Positions 1-16,680 of a stretch of DNA of 64,000 nucleotides are shown in pieces. Under the pieces are notes generated by a model. It was not told the DNA's origin and searched no databases. It was given only the letters and a program-made list of their open reading frames with translations. Both the position numbers and the translations under genes were made by a program. The stretch is from NCBI RefSeq assembly GCF_009914755.1, contig NC_060941.1. One strand, written 5' to 3'. The stretch is from the human T2T-CHM13v2.0 reference genome, Homo sapiens. Position 1 is the first letter of the stretch, and every line of letters begins with the position of its first letter.

Positions 1-115
1 CAGGGTTTTGCCATGTTGCCCAGGCTGGTCTGGAACTCCTGAGCTCAAGCGATCCTCCTGCCTTGACCCACTCCCAAAGTGCTGGGGTTACAGCTGTGAG
101 CTACCGTGCCCAGCC
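1..115 (-). mobile_element. Alu (partial, cut by window edge)
   Basis: Alu left-arm consensus match. Confidence 0.9.
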
Positions 116-872
116 AGTTCCCTTGATTTTTAAAGAAAAATTTTAAAAAATTGTTTTTACTTTACATACAGTAAAATTCGCTTTTTGGGGGTGGGGGAAG
201 AAGTGTCACTATTTACATAGACTCCTGTGACTCCCACTGCCATCAGGGACAGAACGGCTCATCCCCCAAATTCTCTCCGGCTGCTCCTTTGTCTTCAGTC
301 CCTCCTCCTCACTCTTGGCACCCACTGATCTGGCTTTGTCACTATGGTTTTGCCTTTTGCACGTAAATGGAATCATACAGTTTGTAACCTTTGGGAGTGG
401 TTTCTTTCCCGTAGCATAATCATTTGTTCTTTTTGGTTAGGGAACACTTGCTTATCCATTCACTTGTTGAGAGACACTGGGGATGTTTCTAGGTTTGGGT
501 GATTATGTGTAATGCTGCTGTGGACATTTTTGTGCAGTTTTGTGTGGGTGTGTGTGAATGTAAGTTTTCATTTCTCTAAGATAAGGAAGGATAAGGAAGT
601 TCCCTTATATTTCTACTTTGTTGAGAGTTTTTTTGTTTTTTTTTTTTGGTATCATGAATGGATGTTAAATTTTGCCACTTGATTTCTCTGCATCTTTTGA
701 TAGGTTTTTCTTCTTTGGTCATGTTTAGATTACATCCATTAGTTTTCAAATGTTGGGCCAGCTTTGCTGAATAAACCCCATTCGGCTGCTTGTCTTGTTA
801 TATTTTTCATATATATCTCCTGGATTCGATTTGCTAATATTTTGCAGAGGCTCATTGCATCTGTGTTCATGA

Positions 873-1197
<325 letters not shown>

Positions 1198-1584
1198 GGT
1201 TTGTAGTTTTCTTATATTGCTTTTGTTTGGTTTGGGTAACAGGGTATTATTGCTGGCCCCATAAAACGAGTTGGGAAGTGGCTCTTCTATTCTCTGGAAG
1301 AGGTAGTGTAGAATTTATGTATATTTTCCTTAAATACTTAGTGAAATTATCTGGTCCTGAGGTTTTCCTTTTTGGAAGGATATAAATTGGGAAATTAATT
1401 TCTTTAATCACTCAAGGACTGTTCAGATTATCTATTTCTTCTTGCATGAGTTTTGGTAGTTTGTGTTTTTCAAAGAATTGGTCCATTAGCTCATCTAAGT
1501 TGTAGAAATTATGTGTGTAGAAGTGTTTCTAGTGTTCCCTTATTAGCTTTTTAAAGGATGTAAGACTGTAATGATATCTCTGTT

Positions 1585-1896
<312 letters not shown>

Positions 1897-2130
1897 TGAT
1901 TTGTATTCTCTCTCTCTTTCTCTCTGTCATTCTGGTTAGAGATGCATCAGTTTTGTTAATCTTTTCAAAAAAAAAACCAGATTTGGGTTTTGTTGATTTT
2001 TCTCTACCAGTCTCATTTTTAATTTTATTAATTTCTGCTCTTATCTTTATTATTTCTTTCCTCCCTTTTGCTTTGGGCTTGAATTTTATGGTATTGTATT
2101 TTCATTTTCATTTAGTTTAAATTATTTTTA

Positions 2131-2453
<323 letters not shown>

Positions 2454-2569
2454 GATACTTCATCTTTGACTCATGAATTATTTAGACACATACTGCCTAA
2501 TTCCCAAGTATTTGAGGATTTTTCAGATGCCTTTCTGTTTTTGATTTTTTTGCTTGTTTTAAAATTTCT

Positions 2570-3206
<637 letters not shown>

Positions 3207-3228
3207 AAGACATACATTTATAATTTCA

Positions 3229-3574
<346 letters not shown>

Positions 3575-4239
3575 CTACATGATCTACCTTGGTGACAGTT
3601 CCATGTTTACATGAAGAGAACGTGTATTCTGCTATTCTTGGGTGGTGTGTTCGATAAACATCAATTAGGTTAAGCTGGTTAGTGGTGGTATTCAGACCTT
3701 TTAGATCCCTTGTTGATTTTTCATCTAACTAGCTCTACTGTTAAAAATTAGATTTTCTATCTAACTGGTTATGTTCTCTAGAGGAGTGTTGAAGTCTCCA
3801 ACTATGATTGTCAATTTGTCTATTTCTCCTTTCAATTTTATTAGTTTGGCTTCATGTATTTTGAAGCTCTGTTTTTAGGGACATATGCATTTAGGATTGT
3901 TATGTATCTTCTTGGTGAGTTGACCCTTTAATATAATGTTTGTCTGAATCCTTGGTAATTTTCCTTGTTTGGATTAGGCAATTTCTGTTGTTCTATCACT
4001 GTTTGTACTGTGATTTCCGTTCTGCTATTGATCCAATCCAATGAACTTTTATTTCATATATTGTATTTTTTAGTTCTAAAATTTCCATTTGGTTCCTTTT
4101 TTCTAGCATCTATTTTTCTGCAAGAATTTCGAAATTTCCATTTATTTCGGATTGTTCACCTTTACTGAACCATGGAGCATGGTTATAATAACTTTTTTAA
4201 AGTCTTTGTCTAATAATGGCAACATCTGGGTCATCTTAG

Positions 4240-4565
<326 letters not shown>

Positions 4566-4725
4566 TTTTTGTCTTTTGTCTTGTACATTGTTGTCAGCTT
4601 TTCCTGTTTCTTTGTATGTCAAGTAATTTTGGACTGTGTCTTGGACATTTGGAATACTGTAAGACACTGGGGCCTGTTAAAATCCTCTGAAGAATGTCAG
4701 TTTTTTCTTTGTTTGTTTATTCGTT

Positions 4726-4877
4726 TGTTTTTGAGACAGGGTCTTGCTCTGTCACCTAGGCTGGAGTGCATTGGCATGATCATGGCTCACTGCAGCCTCA
4801 ACCCCCTGGCCTTAAGCAATCCTCTTACCTTAGCTTCCTAAAGCCTTAGGGTTACGAGCATGAGCCACTGTGCCCAG
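4726..4877 (-). mobile_element. FLAM-like Alu monomer
   Basis: Single Alu arm. Confidence 0.8.
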
Positions 4878-5742
4878 TCTGTTTGTTTGCTTTTTAAATC
4901 AGTTAGGTTGACGCCTCAGATCCCAACCTGCCCTCTGTGAATTATAGTTTCAATGTCAGTTCAGTTTTCAAAGCCTTTGCAGTGCTATTCAGATCCACCC
5001 CAAGTATACATACTCCAGGGGCCAGTCTGTTCAGTCTACACTGTAGTTCAGTTCTCAGAGTCTTTGGTAGGTTATTTGGGGTCAGTTCCATGTATGTGCA
5101 GCTCAGGAGTAGGCTAGGACCTCAAATACAACAACTTTATGGGATCATATTCTCAAGCTCCCTTCTTTCTGTGATGCCGCCCTATCCAGCTTCCAGGGGC
5201 CCCTTTTTCTCATTTTTTTCCAGGTAAAAGATTTTCCCTTTCTCGGAGTTTTAGGTCCCCCTGTGTGACTGCTACGGCTGCTGCCACCACCTAACCTTTG
5301 GGACAGGTTTTACCTTGTAGGGAGGGGGCTGGGAGAGAAAAAAGACCCAGGGCACTTCTCCCACTCGATTTTTCCCAGGAGGCCCCCCTTTCCCGGCTTC
5401 TCATCAGAAAGAGAGTTTCTTCCGTAGCTTTTTCTCTGTGCACCTGCTGCACAGTTCTGGGATTTGGGCTCCTGAGTCTAGGTCAGGAAATATGCAAGCT
5501 CACCACCGTATTCATCTTACTTAACGTTTTTGTTTTCCTCCCCAATTCACCTTCCACTATTCACTTTTCACAGTCCTTGTGTAGTTGTTTTATGTCTTCT
5601 GTCAGGGTTTTTAGTTATAATCAATGGGAAAGCTAGACTGTAGTGTGCTTACTCCATCTTAACCAGAACCAGGAGGCTTGCTTGGCTTTAAATATTGGCA
5701 TCTAATTTTAAGTCTGTCCTCAAGCCACATCTGAGATGCTAG

Positions 5743-6222
<480 letters not shown>

Positions 6223-6399
6223 TAATTTTTCTTTTAATACTCAAATTCTTAAGCAAAAGTTGTCAGTACCAATGCCAGTTTTTCTAGATTAAAAGAGAGC
6301 AGAATACAGATTTATTCTTTCTCTGGTCAGAGCAAGCCCCTAAACCTGTCAGCATAATAATAGTGATTGCAATTATTTTAGCAGAAATAATAATTACTG

Positions 6400-6630
6400 G
6401 CTAAGGGCATGGAGTCTGGAACCAGGCCTCTTGTGTTCAGCCGTCTTCTACGAACTGTGTGACCTTAATTCTGAATGACTTTGCCTTTCTATGTCTCAGT
6501 TTCCTCCCCTGTAAAATGGGAATAATAATGGTATCTGCTTCCCAGGTGGTGGCGAGGATTAAACAAATTCATATGCATAGAGCGCTCAGAACAGTGCCTG
6601 GCACAAAGGAAGGCTCGCTAAGCATTTGCT
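6400..6630 (+). mobile_element. MIR
   Basis: MIR core tctcagtttcctcccctgtaaaatgggaataataat. Confidence 0.8.
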
Positions 6631-7544
6631 TTGATTCCCGTGAGTAATGGCTGACGTTTATTAGGCACCTTGCCTTGCAGACAGCTTCACAGCGGCAAGA
6701 TAAGCCGGCTTATCTCACTTGCTCAGATGAGGCAGCTGAGATTTCAGAAAGGCAAATGGCTTGCTTGAGTCCATCTGGCCTTCAGACCTTGAAATTAGGG
6801 AGGCGTGGGTGGCTGGGCATGGGTTCAGGGAGTATCTGGCTGGTAATCAATCAGACAGCAACGGCAACGAAGCTTTTTAACATCATCTGGTCTGAGCTAG
6901 AAGAGATGTGACCCAGGGGACTGAGTGGGGGGAAAAAATCAGCTCAAAGAGAAAGGCAACAGAAATAGAAGGGGAAGCCTGGTAATTGAGTGGCCCCAAA
7001 AAGGAAAGATCAATATTTTACTTCCAGTGAACAACCAATTTCCCTGGCAGCAAGCTGGGGCCCAGCTGTGTGTGCTTCAGTGACAACAGCTGCTTCTGCA
7101 ATGCCTGCCAGGCCTGGCGAACCCGTCTCTCCTGGCCTGGGAGCCAGAGGGGGAGCCCCAGGGCTGCCCAGCCACGCATGGTGTGTGCCCCAGGGTGGGG
7201 GCGGCCCCCAGCTCCCCTGCCTGGGGCCCAGGCTCCCCACGAAGACCACATGGGGTGGCTATTTGCTATGCTCCCTGCGTGACCTTGAGCAAACCCCTCC
7301 CCCCGCTGGGACCTCGCTTCACCAACTGTGAAATGACGGGCTGGGTCAGTGGAATGTGTCTGGCCGAGGACCATCTGTGGCAAAAGGTTACCTGATGTCC
7401 AGGAAGGTCGAGACTCTTTGTGATCCAAGGCGAGGGGTCCCCACGTAGTGAGTAAAGCTTCTTTGATGCTCAGGGCGCCAGGGGATAGAAAGAACACTTT
7501 AGTGCAGACAGCCCCGTGAGAGTCTCTGGCCCAGGAAGGCAACA

Positions 7545-7790
7545 GGGAGCAGTGGCTGACTCTCTGGGGTCAGTAAGACCTGGGTTCAAGAGTTGCCACT
7601 ACAGGTGGGCAAAAATTTTAAATTTAAAAAAAGGAAAATAAAAGGGGAGCGTTACCACTGCAGTGACTTTGTCTAAATGTCTTACCCTCTCTGAGCCTCA
7701 GTCTCCTCAATTTAAAATGGGGGACTATAATAATAGCTACTGTTAAGTTTGCTGTGAGGATTAAATGAGACTATGTGTGAACCCTCCGTG
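7545..7790 (+). mobile_element. MIR
   Basis: ctctctgagcctcagtctcctc...aaaatggg...tgaggattaaatgag. Confidence 0.75.
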
Positions 7791-7867
7791 GACTCCAAGC
7801 ATTTGCAATACTTCTCCACATAAATGATGCTGTTATTTATTTTAAAAATCACTGAGCCTGTGGTTGA

Positions 7868-8650
<783 letters not shown>

Positions 8651-10129
8651 TGAAGAGCCCTGTGGGAGCAGCTGTAGAGAGGTCACAGCCTGGGGTGTGC
8701 CCCCGGTTGCAGCTTGGGCCATGGCGTGGGTGCTTCGGGGACCATGCAGTGGCCCTCAGTACCCCATCTGTCTGCCTGTCATCAAACAACCCCACCCCCA
8801 CCTCTGTCCCAGGTAGGCTTTTGCTGGCAGAGGAATGGACAGCTCGCCCCACCAGTGTCTCCCAGCCTCAGGGAGCTGTGGACACAGGGATTACAGAATC
8901 CAAATCCCTGCACTCCTGCCTCCTAGGTGGACTTGAGGTGAGGGTCCTCATCAGTCAGTCAGCACTCTGTGGCCGACTCCACCCTTGACTTGCTTCAGAA
9001 ATAATGAAGGCAGAGCCCTGACCTTGGAGAGGACTGTAGGCCTGAGCATGGGAGGCTGGAGGGTAGAGGGTGCCCTGGCTCATCCCCACATTCACAGGCC
9101 CCCTATAATGCCAGCGATGCAAAGGCAGGAGGAGAGGAGGCGGAATGCCAGCCAGGATGGTGGGTGGGCTCCCCTGCAGCCCTGCAGGTGGCACCTGGGC
9201 ATTGCTATTCTCAGAAGCCACGTCATTGCCTGGCAGTGTCAGAGGCTGGCATGGCTGGGGGGAGGGGGCAGCTGCAATGTTGAGGAGGCTGGCAAAAAGC
9301 CACTTTCCTCCTTTACTGAAATTTTGCAGGTCTTTCCTGAGAGCCCACTAGGTACCAGGTTCAGGGAGGTTCACAGAAAGAATGTGGCACGGCCCCTCTG
9401 CCCTTCCCTCACCCCAGACTCACCCCAGAGTGGAAAAGCAGGGTCAGCTGGAATCAAGATGCAAGCACAGAGCCGCCAGGTTCCAGGCAAGGAGAAGATG
9501 GTTAGGGTGGGGCCTCTTTGTCCACTGCTCACCTTCCAAAGCCCACTGGGCACAGCCCCCATGGTGCCAGGCCACCGGCAGTGACCAGGGCTTCAGACCC
9601 CTGCTGCAGCTGCCACGCTGTGGGCATGCAAGAAAAACGTGGTCCCTATAAATAGATGAATCCCCAACGTGGTTTGGCTTCGGTGCCTGTGATGGGTGGT
9701 GTGGTATGCCGGCGAGTCTGCCTGTGATGGCGTGAACACTGACAACAGTGACTGTGAGCAGTTTCCTGCATGCTGTGCTCTGCAGGCCCCGGGTGCCCTC
9801 AGATCCATCATCTGCAGCCCAGCCTGAGCAGATTCTGGAAAGAGCTCATCCTGGCCTGGCTGTGCTATAGATACTGATGGTGATTATTAGGGGGAGCGGC
9901 AAGATGCCTGACAAGGAGTGTGAGCGTGTACACATGTGTATGCACTATTGTGTATGTGTGGCTAGCCAGCAGAACCAGCACCTACCACCATCAACCCCTG
10001 AAAGAGTGCCTGGCATGTAAGAGGTGCTCAGTCATCACTTGTTGAATAAGTGAGTGAATGAATGAATGAATGCTTGTATGGGTGCTGTGGGAGGGCTGCC
10101 ACTAAGTTTTAGAAGCAGTTTTAGATTTA

Positions 10130-10298
<169 letters not shown>

Positions 10299-10302
10299 GT
10301 TG

Positions 10303-10414
10303 TTATTATTATGATGATGATGATGATGATTATTATTATTTGAGACGGAGTTTCACTCTTGTCACCCAGGCTGGAGTGCAGTGGCGCGATCTTGGATCAC
10401 TGCAACCTCCACCT
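10303..10414 (-). mobile_element. 5'-truncated Alu fragment with (TTA)/(TGA) microsatellite tail
   Basis: Only the 3' ~75 nt of Alu are present. Confidence 0.85.
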
Positions 10415-10622
10415 TGAAGGTCAGAGGTTCTCCTGACCTTGGAGAGGATTGTAGGTGTGAGCAAAAACAAATATTATGAAGCCTCTACTATGTACCAGTC
10501 ACGGTGCAAGCGACCAGGTATACAGTGGTGATCAGAATGGACAGGGTCCTTGCCCTTAGGGAGCTTACTTTGTAGAGAGAAGATATAAATTAATCAAATT
10601 ATCCCACACACATACAACTACA

Positions 10623-11331
10623 TGAAAGAGTATGGAGAAACTAAGGCTAAGGCTTTCTGCAGTGAGGTCGGGAGATACTCACACCTGCTAAAGTTCAAAC
10701 CACACAATATCCCAATAGACTTGGGTGTGCAACCGAAGTCATGATCTGCCAGTCTCCAGCATTTCTCAGCTGCGAGTGCCCTGACTAGCTCACCAGTCAG
10801 AAAGGCTTTGCAATCTAGGATTTCTGCCCAGCCAATGAGCTGCCTCTGAAAACAACTTTCTGTGGAAATCCTCCGTAAAAATTGGTCTCCTGGCTGGGCG
10901 TGGTGGATCACGCCTGTAATCCAAGCACTTTGGGAGGCCAAGGTGGGCAGATCACCTGAGGTCAGGAGTTGGAGACCAGCCTGGCCAACATAGTGAAACA
11001 GCCTCTCTACTAAAAATACAAAAATTACCTGGGCATGTTGGCGGGCGCCTGTAATCCCAGCTACTCAGGAGAGGCTGAGGCAGGAGAATCTCTTGAACCT
11101 GGGAGGCGGAGCTTGCAGTGAGCTGAGATTGCGCCACTGCGCTCCAGCCTGGGCAACAGAGCGAGATTCCATCTCAAAAAAAAAAAAAAAAAAAAAAGAA
11201 TCCTTCCTCCACTTGCCTCCTGGGATGCTCTTCGGGGCTGTCCTGATCCCGTGTACCTGAATTGCAATTCTTTGTTTCCCAAATAAACGCTATTTCCTTT
11301 GACCTCCATGTCAATCTCTTTTTAGTTAACA
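10623..11331 (+). mobile_element. Solo ERV LTR (family uncertain) split by an Alu
   Basis: CCAAT, AATAAA at ~11282, ...ttttagttaaca terminus. Confidence 0.55.
10892..11197 (+). mobile_element. AluS-like
   Basis: Alu consensus, poly-A tail. Confidence 0.92.
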
Positions 11332-11609
11332 ATAGCAAGTTGCAACAAATTGTTTGAAGGGAAAGTATAGGATGCTACAAGACAGGATAGCAGCGGGGTG
11401 GGCCCTGATTGGATGGGGGTGGTCAGGACAGACCTGTCTCAGGGAGGGACGTTTCATAGAGGTACAAAGGGAGACCTGAAGGATGAACTGACATGGCGAA
11501 TGGGGAGGACAGCTGTCCAAGTTGTAGGGAATAGCATGTGCAAAGGCCCTGGGGCAGAGAAGAGTGTGGTGGTTTCCGTGAGGAGCTGACCAAAGGCCAG
11601 TGCAGCTAG

Positions 11610-12004
<395 letters not shown>

Positions 12005-13159
12005 CTGGAGTTTGGATTTTTATCCTAAGTGTGGTGGAATGATACTGGAAGGTTTTAAGCAGAGGAGTGGGTGACACGATCCAGTTAGACTTGCATGATC
12101 CAGGAGAGACAGGATGATGGCTATGACCAGGTGGGGCTCCTGAGAGGTGTGGGAAATGAGGGAGCTGTGGGATACAGTGGGAGCATGGATTGAATGTGAG
12201 TGACAGTGAGCAGACGCAGTGATGCTGAAGAACCCTGCAGTGGCAGGAAGGGAGGGAGGACGGGGTCAGGGAGTGGGACATTTGATGGGTGGTATTGGAG
12301 GGGGTGATCACTGGGTTGACCAAGGGACTTGGTGCCTGAGGTGGAATATGAGGCAAAAAGAAAGTCAAGGATCTGAGAGGCCGGGGGTTGATGGGTCATC
12401 CACACAGCTGCAGGAACCCCCAAAGATGAATTGTAAAAGCAAAAAGCTGGAAATAACCAAAATGCCCAGCTATTAGGGGTGGTGAAGTAAATTATGATGA
12501 ACCCACCGGGCAGAATGTGTTACAGCCACTAACAACGTGGGTTGTACACACCAAGCAGCATGGAAACTGTTTCTGTCCTACCTCCTGTTACACGGGAGAG
12601 AAACTCTCCAACCTCAGGGATGGCTGACTCTGCCAGGTGAAAACTTACTTCCTTATTCATCTAACACTCTTCATTGAAGTGCAAGGTACAAATAGAACAG
12701 AAAAGTTCATCAGCCACCAGTGTCCATCTCAGTGAGTTTCCCCATCTAGCCAGCACCTGGAACAAGAAATAGAACAAGAGAAATGGTGGGATTTCTGGGT
12801 CATTTACAATGAGTTTGTGTCTGTTTTGTGTGAAAGAAACCAATTTTAAAACATCGGCAGAGCCTCGGCTTTCATTGTGCAGTCCCTGGGGGAAGGAGGC
12901 TCGGCCCCTGAAGCCGTGTGCTCAGGGAGGGTGTGCTCAGGGAGGAGCCGGTGTTGGCTCTGCTTTTCTTTGCCCGAGTTGTCTGTCACCATGGGGAGAA
13001 TAAAGTGGCCCCATGGCTGATACTGACCCCAGGGTGAGGGTAAGAGGACTGGGCGGGGACACTGGTGTCCCTCCCTCCCTCCCAGCCTCCCCACCCAGCT
13101 CCCTGAGTCTTCGGGAGATCCTTGGGTGTCTCACACCTGTCCCTGCTTCATTCCCACAG

Positions 13160-13247
13160 GTGGAAAAACTTGTGAAATATTTGGATCCCAACGACCTGGG
13201 GAGAATCAACTTCAAGGACTTTTGCCGGGGGGTGTTCGCCATGAAAG
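13160..13247 (+). CDS. RAB11FIP4: RAB11 family-interacting protein 4, coding exon 2 (88 nt; VEKLVKYLDPNDLGRINFKDFCRGVFAMK+G), contains EF-hand-like loop DPNDLGRINFKD
   Basis: Acceptor ttcccacag|GTG, donor AAAG|gtgagg. Peptide recognised as RAB11FIP4 N-terminal region. Splices in frame to 15381. Confidence 0.96.
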
Positions 13248-13703
13248 GTGAGGTCTTCCCGGGAGGCTTTCCCAGGCGCTCTCCGGTCCTGCCCAGCTGG
13301 GGAAGCTGGTGTGACTGGGGGCCCAGCCTGGATTCCTCCCCACAGGGGTCCCAGAGCCCAGGATGGGCCAGAAGTCGGTTCTGCCTCTGGCTTCCGGGGG
13401 GGCCAGAGGAGAAGGACACTGTTGCCCCAGCCGTGGGGGGCTGTGGTCTCACCCATGGAAGTCACTTCTGCCCTTCCCCTTGTCTGCCCGCCTCTGGAGA
13501 AAGCCTCCTTCCCTGCTTTTCTGTCCTCTTCCTCTCTCTCCCGCTCTGGGGTGACCAAACCCAGTGAGTCTCCTGGGATGTGGGAGGGACTCCACTTTTA
13601 AGACCAGGGCAGTCCTGGGCAAACCTGGACAAAGCGCTGGTCACATGACTGCCCGCCTCCCTCTGAGCTGCTGCTTTTGTGTCCTCCCTGCTCCCGCCTC
13701 CTC

Positions 13704-14006
13704 TTTTTTTTTTTTTTTTTGAGACAGGGTCTGGCTTTGTCGCCCAGGCTACTGGAGTGCAGTGCCACTATCATGGCTCCCTGCAGCTTCAACCTCCTCG
13801 GCTCAAGCAATCCTCCTGCCTCAGCCTCCTGAGTAGCTGAGACTACAGGAGGTACACCACCATGCCTGGCTAATTTTTGTATTTTAAGTAGAGATGGAGT
13901 TTTGTCACGTTGTCCAGCCTGGTCTTGAACTCCTGAGATCAAGTGACCCTCCCATCTCAGTCTCCCAAAGTTCTGGGATTACAGGCATCAGCCTCCATGC
14001 CCTGCC
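13704..14006 (-). mobile_element. AluJ-like in intron 2
   Basis: Alu consensus match. Confidence 0.9.
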
Positions 14007-14188
14007 CTCTCTTCCTCTTAATTCTTCCTAATTCCTGCCTTTCTTCCTTGCCCCTGCTTCCAGTTTTAAGGGGACAATATAAATCCCTCTGTCTTGTCCC
14101 AAAAATTCAAAGGCCAGTTGTGAGAAACTTGCAGGAATCAGAATATGGCCACTCACTTACTACTAAGCTGTTTATCTGAGACAGTGAG

Positions 14189-14506
14189 GGCCAGGCACGG
14201 TGGCTCACACCTATAGTCTCAGCACTTTTTGGGAGGCCGAGGCAGGCGGATTGCTTGATCTCAGGTGGATCACTTGAGTCCAGGAGTTTGAGACCAGCCT
14301 GGCCAACATGGCGAAACCTCATCTCTACAAAAAATACAAAAAATTAGCCGGGCATTCTGGTGTGTGCCTGTGGTCCCAGCTACCTGGGAGGCTAAGGTGG
14401 GAGGATCACCTGAGCCCAGGAAGTTGAGGCTGCAGTGAGCTGAGGTCACGCCACTGCACTCCAGCCTGGGTAACAGAGTAAGAACCTGTCTCAAGAAAGA
14501 AAAAAA
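14189..14506 (+). mobile_element. AluJ-like in intron 2
   Basis: Alu consensus; TSD atctgagacagtg. Confidence 0.9.
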
Positions 14507-15380
14507 TCTGAGACAGTGGCATAGGTCACCAGCCAGGTGGACTTGCTAAGGCCTCCCCACTAGCTGCAGAGAGAATGCAGTCACTTCTGGAGTCCCAGGG
14601 TGTCTGCTTATCTGTGAAGGAAGCCATGGTTTCCTGTCTGCGGCTCAGATCAAGTTTAGCCCTTTTCTGTGGGGTGCCTATGAGTCCTGGGAGGGTGGAA
14701 CGATGCAGGGTGAGGGATGAAGGGAACCAAATACACGGTGCAGGGGGCACAGAACACAGAAGGTGCCCAGGGAAGGTTTTCTGCGTGGATTTGACAATGG
14801 GCCACTGCAGGCTGCACCTGCCATGTGCCTGTGCCAGGCATTTTGTCAGGTCCCCCTCCCAGTTCAGTACAACCTTGGGGCGTTTGGTTGGGATCTCAGG
14901 AGCGAGGCCAGCCGTGTACAGAGTCAGCAGGAACTGCAGCTGTCCTGCGGGCAGCCCTGTCCTGGACGTCCCAGGGTCTGCAGGACACGGGGGGCGCCCA
15001 GCCTCGGAGGAATGGGTGTGTTTGCTTTCTCCAGAGGCTGGCACAGTCGTTTGGAGTCCCTGCAAGCCAGGTGGGCAGCACTGCCTTAGGTCCCCTCCCC
15101 CAGGAAGGCCTCCTTCCTTCCTGTTGCCCCAGCCTGCCCTCTGTGTGTGGGAATTAGTCCCAGAGGACAAGGGCCTCTTGCAGCTCCCTCCACAGTGCCT
15201 TGAGCTGAGTTCCCCACCGCCTGGGCTCCATCCCTGCCTTCCAGTGCTCAGCTGGCCTCCTGGAGCCTCGGGCCCCCACCTCAGCCCTTCCCACCCTATG
15301 CCCATTAGTCAGAAGCAGAGCAGCCGTCCCAGGCTGAGGCTCAACCCCTCACTGTCCCGTGTGTCTGCCTGTCTGCGCAG

Positions 15381-15469
15381 GGTGCGAGGAGCTGCTGAAG
15401 GATGTGCTGTCGGTGGAGAGCGCGGGGACGCTGCCGTGCGCGCCAGAGATCCCAGACTGCGTGGAGCAG
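15381..15469 (+). CDS. RAB11FIP4: RAB11FIP4 coding exon 3 (89 nt; (G)CEELLKDVLSVESAGTLPCAPEIPDCVEQ)
   Basis: Acceptor gtctgcgcag|GG, donor CAG|gtaagg. G+GG completes Gly across the phase-1 intron. CpG-rich relative to flanks. Peptide recognised. Confidence 0.96.
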
Positions 15470-15829
15470 GTAAGGCTTGGGGGGCCTCAAGGACCTCCAT
15501 GGCTCTGCCTCCTCCTTCTTGGTCTTGCCTTTGCTCCATTTTCAGTATCTGGGAGGACCCAGAACCTCCCTCTGAGGACCCTTCTTGAGCATCAGAGTCA
15601 AGAAATAGTTTTTGGAACAGGAGCCCTGAGTCCCCTTGGGAAGCCCCAGCAGAATGTGTAACAGCTGGGGGTCCTCACCCAGCAACTTTATTTCCCATCT
15701 GTGGCACGGAGGAGAGACTGAGTTCCAGACAGGGAAAGTGGCAAGTGGAGGGGAGGCAGGACTAGAATTGTTTCCTTTTCTTCTGCACCATCGCTCTCTG
15801 AGCTGAACGCTTCCTGTTTGTTTGTTTTC

Positions 15830-16680
<851 letters not shown>

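Larger units (their letters stand above)
13248..15380 (+). other. RAB11FIP4: RAB11FIP4 intron 2 (2133 nt, GT-AG, phase 1)
   Basis: gtgagg...cgcag between two in-frame exons. Confidence 0.93.

Noticed and set aside
13013-13567. 184-aa ORF with an upstream in-frame ATG containing exon 2
   Set aside because: Only 13160-13247 is bounded by good splice sites and matches RAB11FIP4; the rest is intron read-through.
14575-15588. 337-aa ORF, the longest in the track (and the antisense 259-aa ORF 14526-15305)
   Set aside because: GC-rich intronic frame that crosses exon 3 out of the coding frame; Pro/Ser/Cys-rich with no recognisable domain.
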